Below are positions 9,232 to 19,093 of a stretch of DNA of 33,519 bases, one piece after another. The translations under genes were made by a program, and so were the position numbers. Every line of letters starts with the position of its first letter. The first letter of the stretch is position 1. The notes under the pieces were generated by a model, which saw only the letters and a program-made list of their open reading frames with translations, ran no database searches and was not told the DNA's origin. Source of the stretch: a virus (lineage: Duplodnaviria > Caudoviricetes); IMG/VR virus record IMGVR_UViG_3300026543_000040, positions 1 through 33,519 of that record, one strand, 5' to 3'.

Positions 9232-11624
9232 CCCAATACCCTCCTTCCTACAGTTTTAAACCAAGGCTTTAAAGCATGGATTCTAAAAGTTTGGTTGTCT
9301 CCCTGATTTTCGATACGGATTCTATGCTGATAACCGATTCCACCGGCATAGGCTCGCTTCCATACTTTCGTGCGATAAAATTTTCTCTCTGAAATTTGAC
9401 CACCGCTTAGATATTTATAGAAAGCATACCCACCTCCACCGTAGGCTGTGAAAGCTGTGGAATCAATACCTTGAAGTTCAAAAGTGTTGGTGGTAGCACC
9501 GGCTACCGTATAAGTGAGATTATTCACTTCAACCATATCAGTTACGTTAACAATGTAAATAACATCTCCATCCACAAAATTATGGCTGGCTGAAGTAACT
9601 TGCGCCGGATTTGCCTGAGTAATTCCAGTGATAGCTGCACCCAGAGAAGTAATATCTGTATCAACATTGAAGGTATTATTGGTAATTGTAGCACCCACAG
9701 TCCACTGCTGATCATTGTAAAAATTAGCGCCTTCCACACCATAAAAATATATTTCTTCATCATTTACAAGTCCGTGAGAATTGGATGTAACAGTAAATCC
9801 AGTGGTCGGATCAACATTAACTACAATCTCCGCAATAGTGGATCTAAAATTTAAATTTGGTAGTGTATCTAAGGCCTGAGAGACGTAAGGGGCTTCATTA
9901 TTGTTTTTGTAAAATAAGATATCTAATTTAGTCTGCTGATCAGCTTCTAAGAAGAAGTCTATGTATCCCATTTGAACTTCTGCTCCTTGTTCTTTAAAGG
10001 GATTCCAAGCAGCGCTTAGAAGTGAAAAAGAAATAGGAGTACCGTCATCTGTATTCAGAGTTTCGAGAATGTAAACTCTACCCGAAATGTTTCCTCCAAG
10101 GAGAAGTTCAGCATTTTCTGACCAGAAATAACTTAATGCAGTCTCGTCATTCATCTCAGCGGCGTCTTTATCCAAGCCATTGGCTACGATGAAGTCTTGT
10201 GCCGCAAAATCTTGATTTACTCCTCCATGACCCAATACATTCATATTGATTCGATAGCGAGTATAGGATCCGCTTTCATCATCGTAAATTAAAGCTGAAT
10301 CGATTTCATCACTCTCTCGTGAAGGATACAAAAACCAAGTACGCCGATTGGAATAGCTACGATCACAGAATACTTTGGAGAATTCAGAATCATTTATAGA
10401 ATCGGAAACAAAATCTTCTATACGCTCGTCAATCCGTCGAGTTTCTACTCCGTCAGTAGCTGTAATCCCTCGAATTCCTACTCCCACCGAATATCTATCA
10501 AATCCAACACTGGCCATCTTTCCATCGCAAGCACGGAAATCATTAACTTTATCCCAGCGAAACGGTAAGGCGGGATCTGGAACAGTCCGAATAGTCCATA
10601 CACTGTCGGTGAAATGGACAATGATGACATCCTGAAGCTGTCTAGCACTTATAATCTGCTCTCCAGTTGGAGCATCTACAAAACCACCCCCACCGGCTAC
10701 GGAATCATTCCAGTTGGAAGGGTTTTGTGCGGCACACCAACGGGCTCTTTGCGGGAATGTATTTGTGGTTCCACCATCAAATTCAAAGGTATGAAGGACG
10801 AGTAGTCTTTGTCGGATACTAAATACAAGTTTAGATCCATATAGGGTGTCTGTACTATTTAAGGAGGGCTGAAACTGTTCTACACGGGGATTCTGCGCAT
10901 CATAAAAAAGAAGTCCGTCAGTTCCAGGAGTTCCCGCTTGATAAGCTTTCCCATTCGTAAAATAGACTCTGTTAACTGCTCCAGCATGTTGCCAATTAGC
11001 TGACCAAATATAATCTATATTTGACGAACTAAAGACGTCGCTATCGGTTCGTAAAGTAGATGTGATATCAAAAAGATCTAGTGGGTCTATAAGGTTGGTA
11101 GAAGAATTATATAAACCTACGCGCTGCGTATCAGCTATTAGAACTTCTCTGGTATTATCTGAGCCTATAAATCGGAAAATACCCATGATTCTTAGGCTTT
11201 CAAATGTTCCTAAACGACCAGAGCTTGCAGTATAGGCTCCAAGAGCTGAACCATCTACAGTAGTTCCTGAAGAATCTACTAATTCAAAAGTAGGACCTAC
11301 AAGACTACTGATCGAATAAATTAACCCATTAAGATCAGCCCAACTTCCACCAGAAAGATACTGTAAAGTTACGCTATCTCCATTAGATAAACCTGTAGCT
11401 GAGGCGACTGTAAAGACAGCTGGATTTGCTGTGGTAGCAGCAGTTATGGATCTTCCATGAACCATTTCAGCTAGAAAGCGATATCCTGCTCTTTTTTCCA
11501 CAAAACCATGGTGGATATGACCGTTCAATATCTCCGCGAAGGCGTCCTGAGGGAGCAACCAGGGTTCTTGATCAGAATCTAATCCTGTCCTGAATGGAGC
11601 TATTAAAAACGGCTGATAGGGCAT
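9228..11624 (-). CDS. Tail tube/nozzle (P22 gp10 or T7 gp12-like) with E1-FCCH-like inserts
   Basis: 798 aa, beta-rich; ITGITQANPAQVT..HNF.DGD motifs; synteny. Confidence 0.65.
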   Translation of the reverse strand: MPYQPFLIAPFRTGLDSDQEPWLLPQDAFAEILNGHIHHGFVEKRAGYRFLAEMVHGRSITAATTANPAVFTVASATGLSNGDSVTLQYLSGGSWADLNGLIYSISSLVGPTFELVDSSGTTVDGSALGAYTASSGRLGTFESLRIMGIFRFIGSDNTREVLIADTQRVGLYNSSTNLIDPLDLFDITSTLRTDSDVFSSSNIDYIWSANWQHAGAVNRVYFTNGKAYQAGTPGTDGLLFYDAQNPRVEQFQPSLNSTDTLYGSKLVFSIRQRLLVLHTFEFDGGTTNTFPQRARWCAAQNPSNWNDSVAGGGGFVDAPTGEQIISARQLQDVIIVHFTDSVWTIRTVPDPALPFRWDKVNDFRACDGKMASVGFDRYSVGVGIRGITATDGVETRRIDERIEDFVSDSINDSEFSKVFCDRSYSNRRTWFLYPSRESDEIDSALIYDDESGSYTRYRINMNVLGHGGVNQDFAAQDFIVANGLDKDAAEMNDETALSYFWSENAELLLGGNISGRVYILETLNTDDGTPISFSLLSAAWNPFKEQGAEVQMGYIDFFLEADQQTKLDILFYKNNNEAPYVSQALDTLPNLNFRSTIAEIVVNVDPTTGFTVTSNSHGLVNDEEIYFYGVEGANFYNDQQWTVGATITNNTFNVDTDITSLGAAITGITQANPAQVTSASHNFVDGDVIYIVNVTDMVEVNNLTYTVAGATTNTFELQGIDSTAFTAYGGGGYAFYKYLSGGQISERKFYRTKVWKRAYAGGIGYQHRIRIENQGDNQTFRIHALKPWFKTVGRRVLG

Positions 11625-12316
11625 TAAAATCCACCTATGACCATAACTTGTATAATTCCAGTAGTTACATTGACATTACTTCCATTTCGCTGCATACGTA
11701 TACTAAATTGGCTTGTTGTCTTAGATCCGGGAATAAGATCGATAACTCGGTTGTTATTTTGAACCAAGGCTCGGGAAGTAGCTCCAGTTGTGATTACAAT
11801 ATAATTAGTATTACTCGGATTTCTTCCCGAAAAAGTCACGGTATAGGCATCGCTGTCGGATCCCACAGTGCCGGTAGTTGCAGTGCCAAGTCCAACACCA
11901 CCTATAATAGCTCCACCCCCAGAAGGTATACTTCCATAAGCAAAAACAAAGCTGTTCTGAGTATTTACAAAGGTGTTAGTTCCGATAGAAATGTCTTGAA
12001 AGACTGCTGAAGTGGCCCTTCCACCCATTTTCCCATTTTCAGTTATTTCGATGATATTGGCTGTAGATCTATCATCGATGACATAAAGATCCGTTTCCCC
12101 ATCTGCATTCTGTTTAGAATACACCTGCATCACATCATCAATACGACTAGGATCTACCGCAGGGGCCGATGGAATCGCGTTTCTTTCAATGAAATTGCTT
12201 TTCCAATATTGAAGGGTGGTATCGCCTTCTTCGATAGCGGCAAAGTTATTCGTCAGTACCGTAGGGTAATTACGAATTTTTGTACTGTTAGTGGGAAGAG
12301 TTTTATCAAATGCCAT
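11624..12316 (-). CDS. Tail-associated protein
   Basis: 230 aa; C-terminal YTVTF..NY.V fibre-tip-like segment. Confidence 0.55.
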   Translation of the reverse strand: MAFDKTLPTNSTKIRNYPTVLTNNFAAIEEGDTTLQYWKSNFIERNAIPSAPAVDPSRIDDVMQVYSKQNADGETDLYVIDDRSTANIIEITENGKMGGRATSAVFQDISIGTNTFVNTQNSFVFAYGSIPSGGGAIIGGVGLGTATTGTVGSDSDAYTVTFSGRNPSNTNYIVITTGATSRALVQNNNRVIDLIPGSKTTSQFSIRMQRNGSNVNVTTGIIQVMVIGGF

Positions 12317-12323
12317 AACTCGC

Positions 12324-13244
12324 CTAAAACATTGGTGACGCTCGTGTATTAAGCAGATTTTGACTTGTCCGTCTTAATACATAAGCTAATTGTTCTTTGT
12401 ACAACGCCGTAACTTCGACATAGGCGTCCATCTCTCCGTAATCTGCATGAATCTGCCGAGCAGTTCCATAAGCAATACAGGGACCCCATTCATCTAACAA
12501 AGGTCGATCTGTAGCGTTTACAAAAAGTGCATTTGTTGTGCCACTTTCGGTAGTCACTAATGAATTTGCATAAGCTTTAGATCGAAATCTGTAAGCCGTA
12601 TCAGGGACCGGGAAGAAAGTAAAAAAGTTATTATATAAAAGGACTGCTGTGGGTCTGCCGCCCCTAAACTGGATATAAGACAAAAATATATTTTGACCTA
12701 CAGCTGGAGCAGTGTTGAAAGTAACGGTTACAGCGCCCGTAGTGTAGTTTACGGTAGCCAAACCACCCAATGAACCAATGATAGTCACCGGGGAAGCATT
12801 GAAATCCGTATTGGTATCTTCGAATACTTCGTTATTATCAGTTATCACAGTTGATGCCGGCAAAATAGGAGTATTTGTAGCAGAAAAGGAGAAAGCCACA
12901 GTTACTCCATCCCCCACAGCGGCCGTATTACGAGCTATGTTCTCAGGATTATTTTCATGAAATGCTGAAGGATCCTGATACCATAGAATCGAGAGTCGAT
13001 CTAGGGTTGCGGGAGGTTCAAAGTTAACGAAACCATCCGGCAATGCATACTCCCTCTGATTAGCTACAGTCAAAAATTCATAGAAAGTATGAAATCTTTC
13101 CAGCTTAAGTTCAGCGGGGAAGGTATATTGAAAATATTTGTTAATATATTCATCCAGCTGTTCGTTGGATAATTCTTGTGGAGAATATCTTCCCGAAACC
13201 TGTCTAACCTTCTGTCTTATTTCTAATAATGTCCAAGTAGCCAC
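12324..13244 (-). CDS. Head-tail adaptor
   Basis: 306 aa; TL..IRQKVR N-terminus, Y.LP..F and FFPVPD..Y motifs, Ig-like insert. Confidence 0.65.
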   Translation of the reverse strand: MATWTLLEIRQKVRQVSGRYSPQELSNEQLDEYINKYFQYTFPAELKLERFHTFYEFLTVANQREYALPDGFVNFEPPATLDRLSILWYQDPSAFHENNPENIARNTAAVGDGVTVAFSFSATNTPILPASTVITDNNEVFEDTNTDFNASPVTIIGSLGGLATVNYTTGAVTVTFNTAPAVGQNIFLSYIQFRGGRPTAVLLYNNFFTFFPVPDTAYRFRSKAYANSLVTTESGTTNALFVNATDRPLLDEWGPCIAYGTARQIHADYGEMDAYVEVTALYKEQLAYVLRRTSQNLLNTRASPMF

Positions 13245-13255
13245 TACTCTTCCTA

Positions 13256-13621
13256 TTAATAAATTTCTCTCATCTGAAATCGACTATTTCGCCCTATTAA
13301 CTCTTTTCTAAGAGATCCTATTCCATCAGGTCTCCACTTCCACATAGGTGTGGAACATGCATTAACATGATTAGCAAGAAATCTAGGCATCGGATATTTA
13401 CCCCCATGAAAAAGGATAATGTTCATCTTATTCGATGTTGTACCGTAGCAAAATTTCTCTACGAGTCCCGGCTGTTCCAGATTCATAAATTCATAATTTA
13501 CTATTTCCCGGAGCCATTTTTCTTCTTTTTCCGAGAATTTTCTACTCGGATTCTGAGAATCAATGATAGGAAGCTTTTGCATCCTTTTCACGTCCATTTT
13601 ATTTTCTGCGCACGGTTGCAT
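13256..13621 (-). CDS. Hypothetical protein (121 aa)
   Basis: AAGGAG SD, in head-tail cluster. Confidence 0.65.
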   Translation of the reverse strand: MQPCAENKMDVKRMQKLPIIDSQNPSRKFSEKEEKWLREIVNYEFMNLEQPGLVEKFCYGTTSNKMNIILFHGGKYPMPRFLANHVNACSTPMWKWRPDGIGSLRKELIGRNSRFQMREIY

Positions 13622-13635
13622 ATTTTAACTCCTTT

Positions 13636-13681
13636 AAAAGGGGGAAAGGAAAGATATAGGCAGAACTCTTCCCTCTCCCAA
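13636..13681 (-). terminator. Intrinsic terminator after capsid genes
   Basis: GGGAGAGGGAAGAG...CTTTCCTTTCCCCC followed by TTTT on the minus strand. Confidence 0.55.
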
Positions 13682-13685
13682 ACTA

Positions 13686-14279
13686 TTAAACTACCGGTTC
13701 ATCCCCTCGGACTGTAGCTGTCATGCTGGCACTCGATGCGCCCACAGCTGATGTTCCAAGAGTCAATCCCCGAATAGCGACGTTTTCCGTTGGAATAGCC
13801 GCACCATTGGTATCTGAAACCCGAGAAGCGACTCCATCACTTACATAAACCGAAAACGCACTCGTATTGGTTCCAGTAGTGATAGTAGTAGCCGTTACAG
13901 AGGCCACTGTATATTCCGCGTTCAAGCTAGTAGCAGTCCCGTCATCGGCAATGCCGGCAACTTTAATAGTGTCACCAGCTACGATTCCAACTTGTGTTAC
14001 TGATGCAGCGGTAATAACTCCGGGATTTGCATTTGTAAACCCACTTATAGCAGCGCCAAAAATCGCATTTTGGGCCAGAGGCGTTACTCCATTACTACCA
14101 GCTATGGTTCCGGCATCTACATCAAGAACCGTAGCATCGGTAAATCCGCTACTCCAGTACCACGATCCACCATTAGTAAGATCTACGATGGTTATTTCGA
14201 CCGGATCAAAACCAACATCCAAGTTTCTTGCAACAGCTGGATTCGGGTTAGTCCATGAAATTCTTTGTGTTTGTGACAT
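13686..14279 (-). CDS. Putative capsid decoration protein
   Basis: Directly after MCP; VGFDP motif plus FCCH-like ISGFTNANPGVIT insert. Confidence 0.55.
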   Translation of the reverse strand: MSQTQRISWTNPNPAVARNLDVGFDPVEITIVDLTNGGSWYWSSGFTDATVLDVDAGTIAGSNGVTPLAQNAIFGAAISGFTNANPGVITAASVTQVGIVAGDTIKVAGIADDGTATSLNAEYTVASVTATTITTGTNTSAFSVYVSDGVASRVSDTNGAAIPTENVAIRGLTLGTSAVGASSASMTATVRGDEPVV

Positions 14280-14290
14280 TTTATATCTCC

Positions 14291-15235
14291 TTAACTATGA
14301 GTTGTTTCGAAATTCAACATGAACGCATCGTTAAGAATTCTGGCCACAAATGGATGCTGCCATCCAACCGAACCTCGTTGATGCAACGGATCAGCAGCTC
14401 CGGCAGAGCCAAGCGGTTCTACATAGAATTCACCCGTTTCCGAGCCAAGATGCACGACAGCGTAGGCTTCTTTGGCTACTACAAAGTTGTTGAAGACTGC
14501 CGGAGACGAACTAGTGACGCTTCCTACAGAGGTGTACAACCATCTGACGTTCGAGGTGGCTCCCCACTCAGAATCTAAAACTGACTGGTCATTAGGGTAA
14601 TTGGCAGCATTGACAAAGTTAGAAACAGATTCTAGATCGTCTAAAAGCGCTGTATCAATGTAAGCCCAGAAAGCGGGTCTCACGGGAGATGTTCCAAACG
14701 CATCCCTACCAACGATTACATCGGAAATCATTTCCGCATCGTTAGCCAGAAGTGTCTGAATTACAGCGTCTATGTCCGCTTTTGTCATTTCTGTAGGAGT
14801 ATTTCCATTGACCCCGTTACTGGCCTGTAGGACGGAACTAGTAGATGACAAAACATCACGAGTTATTTCATCCATCGTCTGGGCCAAGTTTTGTGCTAAC
14901 AAACGTGAACTTTCGTTTAGGACTCTGTCCTCCACGGTGAGCTCGACTTGGTTGGTGATCGTCACAAAATTTCCGTAAAAATCCACCCTAGCTTTAATGT
15001 CTGTGGCAGATAGTGGTGCTCCGGGAGGGGTGATACCGTCCTGAAGAGCTATAGGAACAGTCGCTAGACGCGCGTACCTACGAAATACAATGGTGTCGCC
15101 CATCTTTTCTGGAAGAACACGCTTTTGCGCAAACTTCGTATGAATAAGCTGTGGATAGGCAGTCATTAAAAGTAACCGATCGTAATACTCTCTTACAGCT
15201 GGAGGAAGAACGGCTACGGTTGTGATATTAGCCAT
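14291..15235 (-). CDS. Major capsid protein, N4-gp56-like family
   Basis: YYDRLLL, GDTIVFRRY, DPLHQRGSVGW motifs. Confidence 0.9.
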   Translation of the reverse strand: MANITTVAVLPPAVREYYDRLLLMTAYPQLIHTKFAQKRVLPEKMGDTIVFRRYARLATVPIALQDGITPPGAPLSATDIKARVDFYGNFVTITNQVELTVEDRVLNESSRLLAQNLAQTMDEITRDVLSSTSSVLQASNGVNGNTPTEMTKADIDAVIQTLLANDAEMISDVIVGRDAFGTSPVRPAFWAYIDTALLDDLESVSNFVNAANYPNDQSVLDSEWGATSNVRWLYTSVGSVTSSSPAVFNNFVVAKEAYAVVHLGSETGEFYVEPLGSAGAADPLHQRGSVGWQHPFVARILNDAFMLNFETTHS

Positions 15236-15247
15236 ATGAATTTTTCC

Positions 15248-15934
15248 TTAAAAATGTCCCAGATTCTTTTGGGCTTGCTGCATGAATTCCTTATCTGACA
15301 TATCCTTCCACCTTTTAGCCTGAGAGATAGGCGACGTTTGCCCGACACTAGAAAGTGATCCCGCCTTATTGGCGTTTTGAACTATGCGTTCGGCATCGGC
15401 ATTACGTGCGGTCTTCTTGTGACCCTCCTTAAAAGAGTCACTATTTTTGGCTAGGTAATAGGCTAGTTCGAAATCTTTGGTATCATGAAGCGTGCCCCTA
15501 AGACTCGGGTTGGTTTTCAACACTTCGGGTAAATACTTAGTGACAACCTCTTGATAATCGGGATATTTCTGAGTCATACGGAGTTCTTGAATCGTCATGG
15601 CGTACTTCTCTTCCCTTTTGGAAAACATCTTTTCTAGATCTCCAAAAGTGGGAACATCGTCTTTAGACATTCCTTCGAATTCGTCAGTCTTTTGTTGCTG
15701 AGGGATGGCTTGCTGTTGTTGCTGAGCCATCATCAGCGACACATTATCCTTGTACATCTTGAAGTCGTCTTGCACCCTCTGCTTATCCCTCCTCGCAGCC
15801 TGTAGGGCACTCAGAGGAACCTGTTGGTTCTCTTGGGTGTCCTCGGCCATTGAGGATTCAGAAATATCAGCGGGTACCGGACCGGCGGCGTCCGAAATTT
15901 GATCGCCCGAAACATGTGGTTCTTCGCTCATCAC
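15248..15934 (-). CDS. Capsid scaffolding protein
   Basis: Acidic N-terminus, VPLSAL coiled coil, ELAYYLAK; immediately upstream of MCP. Confidence 0.7.
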   Translation of the reverse strand: MMSEEPHVSGDQISDAAGPVPADISESSMAEDTQENQQVPLSALQAARRDKQRVQDDFKMYKDNVSLMMAQQQQQAIPQQQKTDEFEGMSKDDVPTFGDLEKMFSKREEKYAMTIQELRMTQKYPDYQEVVTKYLPEVLKTNPSLRGTLHDTKDFELAYYLAKNSDSFKEGHKKTARNADAERIVQNANKAGSLSSVGQTSPISQAKRWKDMSDKEFMQQAQKNLGHF

Positions 15935-15971
15935 GTGTAGGTTCCTTTGTCTCGCCCGTAAGTCGGCGGCA

Positions 15972-16349
15972 CTATTGCGTTACGTAAGCTCTCGGGATCG
16001 AGGTCGTTTCTACGACTAACTCGTTGCATTCTTCTGCTCCGAAAGCGTGAAGCGCATCAAAATCGAAAGGTCGTTGCGGCATGTTTACATCCCAGTCAAT
16101 CGTTCCTTTCGCGTTGTTCACTTCTCCCACGATCATCCCCACTTGTGGAGTGGGTTTCGTGGAATAAGCTTTGACATGCTTTATCAAGGTGGGCTTCCCA
16201 TTAACACTTTGTTTAAACGGTTTGGCAAACAGCACGATCCAGTACAGATCCTTGCGGGTCTTGTTAGAATCGATAATTTTCTGTATCACCTTTTCATCGT
16301 CTTCAATGATTGCGTTACGGGTTTCCCCAGTCTCTTGTTTCATTCCCAA
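15972..16349 (-). CDS. Hypothetical protein (125 aa)
   Basis: Co-oriented, fills the portal-scaffold gap. Confidence 0.65.
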   Translation of the reverse strand: MGMKQETGETRNAIIEDDEKVIQKIIDSNKTRKDLYWIVLFAKPFKQSVNGKPTLIKHVKAYSTKPTPQVGMIVGEVNNAKGTIDWDVNMPQRPFDFDALHAFGAEECNELVVETTSIPRAYVTQ

Positions 16350-16360
16350 TTCCTATGGAA

Positions 16361-16675
16361 TTAATAGTGATAATGAAATGCTTGATCGGGAGACCCACGG
16401 TAATCCATGGATTTACCGTCAATGCGATTCAAATCTTTTTTTTGTGCACTATGGACATCTATATGGTCCGGCATTTTGTCATGACCCATGACTCCATATT
16501 CCTTTCCATCCATGTACTTCATGTTGTGACCACTAGATTTATGCTTTTCATAATCCTGCATCCCATAGGACTCAGCCCGACGATCCTTATAGTCCTGTTT
16601 CTTGGAACTAGCAGGACCATCTTTCATGCCTAGAGATTCATCTTTACGATCTGAATAGCCTTGCTTATATGCCAT
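16361..16675 (-). CDS. Hypothetical charged protein (104 aa)
   Basis: GGAGGT SD; internal Y.DR..ES.GM.D repeat. Confidence 0.65.
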   Translation of the reverse strand: MAYKQGYSDRKDESLGMKDGPASSKKQDYKDRRAESYGMQDYEKHKSSGHNMKYMDGKEYGVMGHDKMPDHIDVHSAQKKDLNRIDGKSMDYRGSPDQAFHYHY

Positions 16676-16677
16676 CT

Positions 16678-18747
16678 TTAGACCTCCGACGGTTCTTGAT
16701 TTATAGGTAGTTCCTGTAGTAGACTTCCTACTTCAGGAACTGTCTGTTGGGGTTCGTTAACCCTTGCAGAGATTTGGACATCGTCTTCTTTGACTTGCTC
16801 TTCTTTCACCCTATTCATCTCTTCCATAGAACGAATAATGGTGATGTATTTAAGCAGACGATCGTCATCAATAGTTTCGAGCTCCTTCATTGCTTTAACG
16901 CGTTTAAGGGCCGAATCAGCTCGGTTCGCAACAGCAGCCGAAGCTCTTTCATCTTCAAGGCCCATATTGGCTACTGAACGTGTAAATCTTTCTTTGCTAA
17001 GTGCGATATCTGATACAGCCTTCGCTTGGGCTAACTGACGCTGTGAATCAAGCAACTGCTGTTGGGCTTGTTGTTGTTGCTGAGCGGACTGCGATTGTTG
17101 CTGTTCTAGTTTTGAAAGTTCTGCGATGTATTCAGATTTGCCTTGGATAGGTGCAGATTTGGCAAGCATTTCGCCGGTAACTGGCGCGCCAAGCTGACGA
17201 AGATCGACGAGTTGTCGGAAGTACATCTGCCGCTGGGTATCTGTTAAGATTCCTTCTTGGACAGTAACGTCGTACTTTGTGAATTCTTTATTATAAAATT
17301 CCTGAGTCGGATCTTCATTGATGATCCGTTTGACCTTTTCAGGAGTCCATTTTTGAATAAGCTTTAGCACCTTAGTGCTGAGAGCTTTTTGACTGAACCT
17401 CAGATTATCAAATAATTCCTGAAGATTAACGATAGCTGCACCTTGACGCAGCATCATCATGACGCCCGATTCTCCGGCGTTTTCTGTTTGTCCAAAAGCC
17501 GCGTCATTAATCCCGGCTATTTCCATCATGTCTCTGTCGAAAAGTTCTTGAAGCTGGAACATAGACGGAGGGATCTGAGCAGGAGGTATTTTTTCTAATG
17601 CCCCAGGAGGAGCATCTTCCCTCCGCCATATGACCTTTCCTTGCGATGATTGGAAGAGACTTCTTGGATTAACGACGCTATTTTCAGTGGCGATCCATCC
17701 AGAATTTATTTGGCTATCGAGTAAGTCAATCATCTGAGATCGTCGACGATTTGACTCACGTTGCGGATCGCGCATACACCTAATCAGAGACTGTACTTTC
17801 AGGCCCCACTGGTCCGATTCAGGTTCAAAAATGGCAGTGAAAGGTACGAACGGATATTCTGCTAAATCGTAAGGATTGATCTCTGAACGCATGACGTGAT
17901 CATTAAGAATCACATGCATCTCGATGTAGCGTCTGGGTGTTTCCACCACTTTTAGCTGGGGATATGTGTCTAGAAACTTTTTAACTACATTATTATCAAC
18001 ATCAAACTCGCTGGTTTCTCCCGTTTCCATGTCGACTAGCATAGGAATGTTTCGCCACTTCTGGAGATACATTTCGCTGTAGGCCATTAATTGTTGACCA
18101 TTTGGTTGACGTTGATACGGCAACCATGTAAACTTATCGTCACGCTCCCACCCCATTTGATAAAGTGCGTGAACTTCTTTTTCCTGCCCCGGAAGAAGTG
18201 AAGCAACATGATCAACATTCAGATACTTACGGCGAAGAATGTAACCACAGTCAGAAAAATCTAATTTAGTGAAGTAAGGATCAAGGACGAAGCTATTGTA
18301 GGTCTCCCTGTTAAACTTGATGTCCCCATTAATAGGATCATCTCGATAGTCTACCCACAAACTGCACAGGTTCCAGCCAGTCTTTAAAGCGCCTCCAAAG
18401 CAATCGCTTATCATGCGATAGCCATCACCATAGTTCATGGTGTAAAGCAGAAGCTGACTAAGCTGATCAGCAGTTTTTTGATCGGAATTTTCTATAGGAG
18501 CGACTACAGAGGAAAGACGATGCTTTCTCTGATAGCCCGTGACCATGTTGACGTTTCGTCGTACACGGTTAAAGACAAATTGATTTCTGCCTTCCTGGAA
18601 GAGTTTACGCTTTTCTTGTTCATCCCACTGATCACCTAAGTAGAAACGCAAATCGCGCTCTGCTTCAGGGAAGAAGGGATCCCATGCGTAATACGCCTCG
18701 TTATACAGAGTATCGAAATCTTTGATGATGTCTAGATCAGTAGCCAT
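16678..18747 (-). CDS. Portal protein, P22-like
   Basis: 689 aa; DLRFYLGDQW, FNRVRR, YPFVPF, C-terminal Q-rich barrel helix. Confidence 0.9.
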   Translation of the reverse strand: MATDLDIIKDFDTLYNEAYYAWDPFFPEAERDLRFYLGDQWDEQEKRKLFQEGRNQFVFNRVRRNVNMVTGYQRKHRLSSVVAPIENSDQKTADQLSQLLLYTMNYGDGYRMISDCFGGALKTGWNLCSLWVDYRDDPINGDIKFNRETYNSFVLDPYFTKLDFSDCGYILRRKYLNVDHVASLLPGQEKEVHALYQMGWERDDKFTWLPYQRQPNGQQLMAYSEMYLQKWRNIPMLVDMETGETSEFDVDNNVVKKFLDTYPQLKVVETPRRYIEMHVILNDHVMRSEINPYDLAEYPFVPFTAIFEPESDQWGLKVQSLIRCMRDPQRESNRRRSQMIDLLDSQINSGWIATENSVVNPRSLFQSSQGKVIWRREDAPPGALEKIPPAQIPPSMFQLQELFDRDMMEIAGINDAAFGQTENAGESGVMMMLRQGAAIVNLQELFDNLRFSQKALSTKVLKLIQKWTPEKVKRIINEDPTQEFYNKEFTKYDVTVQEGILTDTQRQMYFRQLVDLRQLGAPVTGEMLAKSAPIQGKSEYIAELSKLEQQQSQSAQQQQQAQQQLLDSQRQLAQAKAVSDIALSKERFTRSVANMGLEDERASAAVANRADSALKRVKAMKELETIDDDRLLKYITIIRSMEEMNRVKEEQVKEDDVQISARVNEPQQTVPEVGSLLQELPINQEPSEV

Positions 18748-18952
18748 CGCATCCTAAGCGGTTTTTACTCTCCTCCGCCAAGGAAAGGATGCGAGGTCTA
18801 GATAGCGGTCTAGAATAGGATGATCAGTCCTGGCCTCGCGTGTAGGTTTAAAGCACACATATGGTGGTTCTGTGCTAAGATGTAGTCCTTACATATCTAT
18901 ATTCTATAGTTAACCTCTTAAGATATGACTATATCAAATTTTTCATTTAATT

Positions 18953-18986
18953 AAAAACAGGGGCCCCGAACGAAAAAGAACCCCTG
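18953..18986 (-). terminator. Intrinsic terminator
   Basis: CAGGGGTTCT...GGGGCCCCTG followed by TTTTT. Confidence 0.6.
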
Positions 18987-19037
18987 GGGGACGCATCAAT
19001 ATTGAAGGAAGAAGAGGCGCCCCCATAATCTTCTTAA

Positions 19038-19066
19038 ATTCTATCAGATTGCCTTTTAGTGGTCAC
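19038..19066 (-). promoter_or_regulatory. Candidate sigma70 promoter for a short RNA
   Basis: GTGACC-17 nt-TAGAAT with TGn extension. Confidence 0.4.
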
Positions 19067-19093
19067 TACTTACTTATATGACTTCTTTTAATT

